NCBI GenBank assembly: GCA_039181895.1
Contig: JBCDCK010000002.1
Coordinates: 5,072 to 69,071 of the forward strand
Origin: Pseudomonadota bacterium
GTDB lineage: Bacteria; Pseudomonadota; Alphaproteobacteria; Sphingomonadales; Sphingomonadaceae
Direction: 5' to 3'
DNA: 64,000 nucleotides
The notes beneath the pieces are model-generated. The model saw nothing but the letters and a program-made list of their open reading frames with translations, was not told where the DNA came from and made no database searches. This document shows positions 58,552-64,000 of the stretch, in pieces (position 1 is the stretch's first letter; every line of letters begins with the position of its first letter). The position numbers and the translations under genes are program-made.

Positions 58552-59400
58552 ATGAACATGAAAGTGGAACCCACCAGCTCGTCATGCGGCGCGCATATTA
58601 CCGGCATTGATCTGACGCAGTACCTGTCCACTGACAGCGTAGCGGAAATTCGCGCGCACTGGGTGGAGCACAAGGTTCTGGCTTTTCCCGATCAGCAGCT
58701 GACGGATGATGATCTGGAACGTGTAACACAATATTTTGGCGATTTTGGCGAGGATCCGTTTTTCGGTCATATTGACGGCCATGAGCATATCGCTGCCATC
58801 CAGCGGAATGCGGACGAAACGACTCCGATATTCGCCGAAATATTTCACTCTGACTGGAGTTTCATGGACGTCCCGCCCGCCGGAACCATGCTTTACGGAA
58901 TCACCATTCCGCCGCATGGAGGCAACACGCTGTTTGCTGATCAGGTTGCCGCTTATGAGCGCCTTCCCGACGACTTGCGCAACAAAGCTGATCAGCTGAC
59001 CGCCATTCACTCAGCCCGGCGCGGTTACGCGCCCGGCGGCATGTATGATGCGGATGACCAGGAATCCGGCCGAAGCATGAAAATCATCGCCAGCGAGCGC
59101 GCCATGGAAACCTGCGAGCATCCATTCGTCCGCACCCACCGCGAAACAGGGCAGAAAGCGCTGTTCAGCTCCGCCGCCTATATTATCGGCTTCACGGACA
59201 TGCCGCAGGAAGAAAGCGATGCGCTGCTGATGGAATATTATGCGCATCAAAGCGCCGAGGATGTGGTCTACTCACACCCTTGGCAAAAGGACATGCTGGT
59301 CATGTGGGACAACCGTTCCCTTCTGCATTCGGCGACCGGCGGCTATGACGGTCATGACCGCCTGCTGCACCGGACAACAATTGCGGACATTGCGTTCTAG
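58552..59400 (+). CDS. TauD/TfdA family 2OG-Fe(II) dioxygenase
   Basis: FHSDWSF (HxD), GGNTLFAD, HPFVRTH, WDNRSLLH, RLLHRTT. Confidence 0.92.
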   Translation: MNMKVEPTSSSCGAHITGIDLTQYLSTDSVAEIRAHWVEHKVLAFPDQQLTDDDLERVTQYFGDFGEDPFFGHIDGHEHIAAIQRNADETTPIFAEIFHSDWSFMDVPPAGTMLYGITIPPHGGNTLFADQVAAYERLPDDLRNKADQLTAIHSARRGYAPGGMYDADDQESGRSMKIIASERAMETCEHPFVRTHRETGQKALFSSAAYIIGFTDMPQEESDALLMEYYAHQSAEDVVYSHPWQKDMLVMWDNRSLLHSATGGYDGHDRLLHRTTIADIAF

Positions 59401-59404
59401 CTTT

Positions 59405-60355
59405 TCAGCCCAACCGGTCTTCGATCGCGTCCCAGATCATGCCGGACGTGTCGGTCCCGTTAAACGCGTCAATCGCGACAATGCCCGTCGGTGAGGTCAC
59501 GTTGATCTCGGTCAGCCATTTGCCGCCAATCACGTCGATCCCGACAAAGATCAGGCCCAGCCGTTTCAGATCGGGACCCATGGCCGCGCAAATCTCTTTT
59601 TCGCGATCCGTCAGGCCTGCCGCTTCGGCATAGCCGCCCTGCGCCAGATTGGAGCGAAATTCACCCTTGCCCGGTTTGCGATTGATCGCGCCCGCGACTT
59701 CCCCGTCAACCAGCACGATCCGCTTGTCGCCGTCCTGCACTTCGGGCAAAAACGGCTGTATCATATGCGGTTCCGGCCAGGTCTGATTGAACATTTCGGT
59801 GAGCGCGCTGAGATTGCTGCCATCCTCCGGCACCAGAAAAATCGCCTTGCCGCCATTGCCATGCAGCGGCTTGACCACCACGCCGCCATGTTCGGCCTGA
59901 AAGGCGCGAATTTCGTCCAGATCACGCGTGATTAGCGTCGGCGGCATATATTCCGCATAGTCCAGCACATAGACTTTCTCAGGCGCATTGCGGACCGAGA
60001 CCGGGTTGTTGACAACCAGCGTTTCGCCATCAATCCGCTCGAGCAAATGGGTGGCGGTAATATAGCCGACGTCAAATGGCGGATCCTGCCGCATCAGCAC
60101 CACGTCGATATCGCGGCCCAGGTCCAGCTTCACCGGCTCTCCGAACTGAAAATGATCGCCCTCGACCTGTTGCACGTTCACCGGATGAGCAGGTGCCGTC
60201 AGCCGCCCGTCAGCCGAAAGCGTCAGGTCCTTCACATCATAGTGAAACAGCTCGTGGCCACGTGTCTGCGCCGATATCATCAGCGCAAAGCTGCTGTCCC
60301 CGGCGATATTGACGCTCTCCATGGGATCCATCTGGACGGCAATTTTCAGGGTCAT
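59405..60355 (-). CDS. gshB: Glutathione synthetase
   Basis: QMDP, MRQDPPFD, RNAPEK, GDKRI, EINVTSPTG. Confidence 0.97.
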   Translation of the reverse strand: MTLKIAVQMDPMESVNIAGDSSFALMISAQTRGHELFHYDVKDLTLSADGRLTAPAHPVNVQQVEGDHFQFGEPVKLDLGRDIDVVLMRQDPPFDVGYITATHLLERIDGETLVVNNPVSVRNAPEKVYVLDYAEYMPPTLITRDLDEIRAFQAEHGGVVVKPLHGNGGKAIFLVPEDGSNLSALTEMFNQTWPEPHMIQPFLPEVQDGDKRIVLVDGEVAGAINRKPGKGEFRSNLAQGGYAEAAGLTDREKEICAAMGPDLKRLGLIFVGIDVIGGKWLTEINVTSPTGIVAIDAFNGTDTSGMIWDAIEDRLG

Positions 60356-60427
60356 TTTGTTGTTCTTTCTTCTGTTTCATCGCCAGACAACGGCTCTGTA
60401 CGCGCCTGTCGAACCATCAGTGCGAGC

Positions 60428-60781
60428 TTAGAATCCGTGCCACACATTGGTCAAATGGGTGGGCAGTCGTCCGGGCGCAACCAAAATCACGTCGATGCGC
60501 GCATCTTCGCCCTGATCGCAATATTCCGGAAACAGGATTTCCGCTGCGGCCGCGACGCGTTTCAGGCGATGCTGGTCGATGGCGAGATCCAGATCTGTCT
60601 TCTTTGACCGCGCTTTCACTTCAACAAAAGCCACCAGATTTCTGCGCCGGGCGATGAGATCAACCTCCCCTTTCGGCGTTCGGACCCGTTCCGCGAGAAT
60701 GCGCCAGCCCTGCAGCCGCAACCAGGTCGCCGCGAATTTCTCCGCCCAGCGCCCGCGTTGCTCCGCCTGCTTGCGATTCAC
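60428..60781 (-). CDS. YraN family (UPF0102) nuclease-like protein
   Basis: G..AE..A, GEVDLIA, FVEVKAR, RIDVI. Confidence 0.9.
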   Translation of the reverse strand: MNRKQAEQRGRWAEKFAATWLRLQGWRILAERVRTPKGEVDLIARRRNLVAFVEVKARSKKTDLDLAIDQHRLKRVAAAAEILFPEYCDQGEDARIDVILVAPGRLPTHLTNVWHGF

Positions 60782-61623
60782 GGCGTCCCGCTCTCCTTCC
60801 AGCTGCTGGCCAGTTGGTAGAGGGCCTTGCGGTCTGCGCCATATTGACGCGCGACCTCGCCAGCGGCTTTGGATGCGGGCAGCCGGGTCAGTGCGGATTT
60901 CAGTGCTTCTTCGATATCTTCCTGGCTGGCTGGCGCGGCGGCTCCCGGCGGTCCGACAACGACAACAATCTCGCCTTTCGGCCCGTCCAACGCATAGCGT
61001 CCCGCCAGGTCTGACAAAGACCCTGTCACCGTCTCCTCGAATTTCTTGGTAATCTCCCGCACCACCGCAGCGTCGCGATTGCCAAGAACGTCCAGACTGT
61101 CCTCCAGCATGGCGCCCAGCCGTGATCCGTTCTCATAAAAGACCAGCGTGGCTTTCAAACCCCGCAGCTCGTCAAGCGCGGTTCGGCGCGCCTTTGTTTT
61201 GGACGGCAGGAATCCCTCGAACAGAAACCGGTCGCTGGGCAATCCGGAAAGCGTCAGAGCCGCGATTGCTGCACTGGGGCCCGGCGCAGTTGTGACCGGT
61301 ATGCCTTCCGCCCTCGCCGCACTGACGAGCTTGTACCCCGGGTCCGAGATCAGCGGAGTGCCCGCATCACTGACCAGTGCGACAATTTTACATCGGGCGG
61401 CGTCCAAAATCTCCTTACGCTCTTTCGCTCCTTTATGGTCGTTATAGACCATCATCCGGGATTTTTTTCCGATGTGGTTGAGCAGCTTACCGGTCACTCT
61501 TGTGTCTTCGACCAAAATCAGATCCGCCGCGGCAAGGGTTGCTTCAGCCCGCCGGGACAAATCTCCAAGGTTGCCGATTGGCGTGGCGACGATATAGAGA
61601 CCGGGTTGAATGGGAGCAGACAT
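60778..61623 (-). CDS. rsmI: 16S rRNA C1402 2'-O-methyltransferase
   Basis: LYIVATPIGNLGD, EDTR, VSDAGTPLISDPG, REITKKFEE, KGEIV. Confidence 0.96.
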   Translation of the reverse strand: MSAPIQPGLYIVATPIGNLGDLSRRAEATLAAADLILVEDTRVTGKLLNHIGKKSRMMVYNDHKGAKERKEILDAARCKIVALVSDAGTPLISDPGYKLVSAARAEGIPVTTAPGPSAAIAALTLSGLPSDRFLFEGFLPSKTKARRTALDELRGLKATLVFYENGSRLGAMLEDSLDVLGNRDAAVVREITKKFEETVTGSLSDLAGRYALDGPKGEIVVVVGPPGAAAPASQEDIEEALKSALTRLPASKAAGEVARQYGADRKALYQLASSWKESGTP

Positions 61624-62823
61624 ATGACCGTCATGGCAGACAAGCGCACAATTGGACAAGCCGAAACGAAACCCGGTTTCGGGGGTTTTACAAAGTGGGC
61701 CGGGATCGCATCCCTGGTCTTGCTGGCCGGTTGTGAATCGCTCGTTCCGCGCGGCGGCGAGCGAACGACGACGCCAACTGCGCCCCCGCCCCCGGTATCC
61801 GGCCAGTTGCCGACAGACCAGACCCATCACCGGATTGCGCTGCTGGTTCCGCTTTCCGGCAAGAATGCCGGTGTCGGCCAGTCGCTCGCCAATGCTACCA
61901 CCATGGCGCTGCTCGACACCAGGGCGCAGAATATCCGGATGACCAATTATGACACGGCACAGGGGATCACCGCCGCCGCTCGCAAGGCGATTGCGGACGG
62001 CAACAAGCTGATCATCGGTCCGCTGCTGAGCGACAATGTCGTGACCACCGCGAATATCGCCCGGCGGGCCGGTGTGCCGATCCTGAGTTTCTCCAATGAT
62101 GCCGGTGTCGCCGGGAACAACGTGTTCCTGCTGGGGCACATCCCGGCCCAGTCAATCAACCGGATTGTCACCTATGCCAAGGGCCGGGGCATGGATCGCT
62201 TTGCCGCGCTCGTTCCCAACGGCGTCTACGGTCAGCGGGCGTCCTCGACACTCCTGAAATCGGTCAAGGATGCCGGTGGAACCGTCGTCACCATCCAGAA
62301 TTTCAATCGCGATTCCGCCTCGGTGGAAGCCGCGACCCGGCGGCTCAACCAGAATGGCGAATATGACGCGATCCTGCTTGCTGACAATGGTGCGATGGCG
62401 GTTCGTGCCGCACCAATGATCCGCAAGAATGCCAGCGAGACAGCGAAGATTCTGGGTACTGACCTGTGGAATACCAGCAGCGACCTTGCCGGTGCCCCGT
62501 CCATGCGCGGCGCCTGGTTTGCGAGCGTGGCCGATGGCCTTTACGGTCAATATGCAACCAAATATCGCAGTCGCTATGGCAAGGCGCCTTTCCGGCTGTC
62601 CAGTCTCGGCTATGATTCGGTGCTTTTGACCGTGAAAGTGGCGCAGAACTGGCAAGTGGGAACGCCGTTCCCGATCAACCAGCTGACAGATTCGGGCGGC
62701 TTTATCGGGCTGGACGGCGTGTTTCGCTTCCGCCGCGATGGTATTTCGGAACGGGCACTGGAGGTACAGGAAATCCGGCGTGGCAGTTTCGCGGTAATCG
62801 ACGCAGCGCCAAAGGGATTCTGA
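61624..62823 (+). CDS. Penicillin-binding protein activator (LpoA C-terminal-like) lipoprotein
   Basis: Lipobox LAGC, IALLVPLSG, IIGPL, LGYD, F.GLDGVFRF; start 61624 or 61633. Confidence 0.85.
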   Translation: MTVMADKRTIGQAETKPGFGGFTKWAGIASLVLLAGCESLVPRGGERTTTPTAPPPPVSGQLPTDQTHHRIALLVPLSGKNAGVGQSLANATTMALLDTRAQNIRMTNYDTAQGITAAARKAIADGNKLIIGPLLSDNVVTTANIARRAGVPILSFSNDAGVAGNNVFLLGHIPAQSINRIVTYAKGRGMDRFAALVPNGVYGQRASSTLLKSVKDAGGTVVTIQNFNRDSASVEAATRRLNQNGEYDAILLADNGAMAVRAAPMIRKNASETAKILGTDLWNTSSDLAGAPSMRGAWFASVADGLYGQYATKYRSRYGKAPFRLSSLGYDSVLLTVKVAQNWQVGTPFPINQLTDSGGFIGLDGVFRFRRDGISERALEVQEIRRGSFAVIDAAPKGF

Positions 62824-62842
62824 CGCCCGTCAACGTCGAGCC

Positions 62843-63496
62843 CTATCCGATCTGCTGGCCGGTGTCCTTCCAGTCGGCCAGGAAACCTTCAATGCCCTTG
62901 TCGGTCAGCACATGCTTGAACAGACCGCGGATCACGCCCGGTGGCATGGTCGCGACATCGGCGCCGATCCGCGCGGATTCGAGCACATGGACCGGATGGC
63001 GGATGGAAGCGACGAGGATTTCGGTTTCATAGGCATAATTGTCATAGATCAGCCGGATGTCATCAATCAGCTTCATGCCGTCAAAGCCATTGTCATCATG
63101 CCGCCCGACAAAGGGAGAAATGAAGCTGGCGCCAGCTTTCGCCGCAAGCAGCGCCTGATTGGCGGAGAAACAGAGCGTGACATTGACCATCGTGCCGTCG
63201 CTGGTCAGTGCCTTGCAGGTCTTGAGCCCGTCAATGGTCAGCGGCACCTTTATACAGACATTGTCCGCAATCTTCCGCAGCACCTCGGCTTCCTTCATCA
63301 TGCTGTCGTGATCGAGCGCCACAACTTCAGCGGAAACCGGTCCGCCGGTCAGATCGCAAATCTCTTTCGTCACCTCCATGATGTCCCGGCCCGACTTCTT
63401 GATCAGCGAGGGATTGGTGGTGACGCCATCGACCATGCCGGTCGCCGCCAGTTCGGCAATTTCGGCGGTATCGGCGGTATCTACAAAAAATTTCAT
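62843..63496 (-). CDS. Transaldolase / fructose-6-phosphate aldolase (short TalC type)
   Basis: [38 protein letters not shown]. Confidence 0.95.
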   Translation of the reverse strand: MKFFVDTADTAEIAELAATGMVDGVTTNPSLIKKSGRDIMEVTKEICDLTGGPVSAEVVALDHDSMMKEAEVLRKIADNVCIKVPLTIDGLKTCKALTSDGTMVNVTLCFSANQALLAAKAGASFISPFVGRHDDNGFDGMKLIDDIRLIYDNYAYETEILVASIRHPVHVLESARIGADVATMPPGVIRGLFKHVLTDKGIEGFLADWKDTGQQIG

Positions 63497-63592
63497 TTGT
63501 CTGCTCCTGCGGCGGCGCCAATCTGGCAATTGGATATTTCGGGACAGGCCTAACCTCTTTCGGATCGGGGCGAAACTGCCGGTGCGTCCGAC

Positions 63593-63624
63593 TGTGCAGA
63601 AATCTGTGGATAATTTGTGGGACA
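63593..63624. promoter_or_regulatory. Three co-oriented DnaA-box-like 9-mers
   Basis: TGTGCAGAA 63593, perfect TGTGGATAA 63605, TGTGGGACA 63616. Confidence 0.55.
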
Positions 63625-63690
63625 GATCGGGGATTGTTTTTCGCGGCCGCAATGGATGACGTGCCGAACTTGCCTGCCTATACCGGGGGC

Positions 63691-64000
63691 ATGAATCGTG
63701 CATCCGACCGAGTCAGGGTCATTCTTCTCAACTCCGCCCTCGGGCCGCTCGATTATCGGGTGCCCGAAGGCATGCATGCCGAGCCCGGTGCGATCGTCAT
63801 GGCCCCGCTCGGCCCTCGCAAGCTGCCCGGCGTGGTCTGGGAAGCTGACAGCTTTCCCACCGAGGAAATTGATTTCAAACGTCTGCGTCCCCTGCGCGAA
63901 GTCCGGGATGGTGCGCGGATATCCGCGCCGCTCCGGCGGCTGATCGAGTGGACATCCGACTATTATCTGGCATCACCGGCTGCGGTATTGCGGATGGTCC
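63691..64000 (+). CDS. priA: Primosomal protein N' (5' part, truncated by window edge)
   Basis: Translated by hand: [62 protein letters not shown]. Confidence 0.88.
   Translation, partial: MNRASDRVRVILLNSALGPLDYRVPEGMHAEPGAIVMAPLGPRKLPGVVWEADSFPTEEIDFKRLRPLREVRDGARISAPLRRLIEWTSDYYLASPAAVLRMV

Noticed and set aside
1-60355. Window-wide glutathione theme (nit, grxC, kef, GST, MAPEG, gshB)
   Set aside because: Genes are scattered over 60 kb in unrelated operons; no evidence of a single system.
63497-63690. Replication origin
   Set aside because: Short spacer, one perfect DnaA box, no AT-rich unwinding element and no typical origin-flanking genes.

Overview
Chromosomal segment of an alphaproteobacterium, most likely Sphingomonadales (inferred from PEPxxWA-CTERM and Flp pilin genes, alpha-type LexA and RpoH motifs, and gene order). 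The backbone is housekeeping: nit/grxC/comF/mutT, accA-xerD, aroKB, kef-iscU-cvpA-radA, dnaKJ, grpE-hrcA, rph-rdgB-hemW-xerC, gshB-yraN-rsmI, transaldolase and priA. About 18.6-34.9 kb is an accessory catabolic-looking cluster. It holds two divergent carotenoid/stilbene-cleavage oxygenases, a TonB-dependent receptor, TetR, an aldehyde dehydrogenase, two cytochromes P450, AhpD-like, ABM, SDR, GST and MAPEG genes, with no ferredoxin. Nested in it is an hxlR-nitroreductase-cytochrome b module bracketed by GTCCGCTTT...AAGCGGAC palindromes and a 14/15 direct repeat, which looks like a recombination cassette. Non-coding signals include a perfect LexA box between radA and a patatin gene, RpoH promoters for dnaK and hrcA, three phased DnaA-box-like 9-mers before priA, a REP doublet, and a hairpin with an anti-Shine-Dalgarno loop behind an unannotated small gene. 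I saw no tRNA, rRNA, CRISPR array or transposase. All calls come from reading motifs by eye; no database searches were run.
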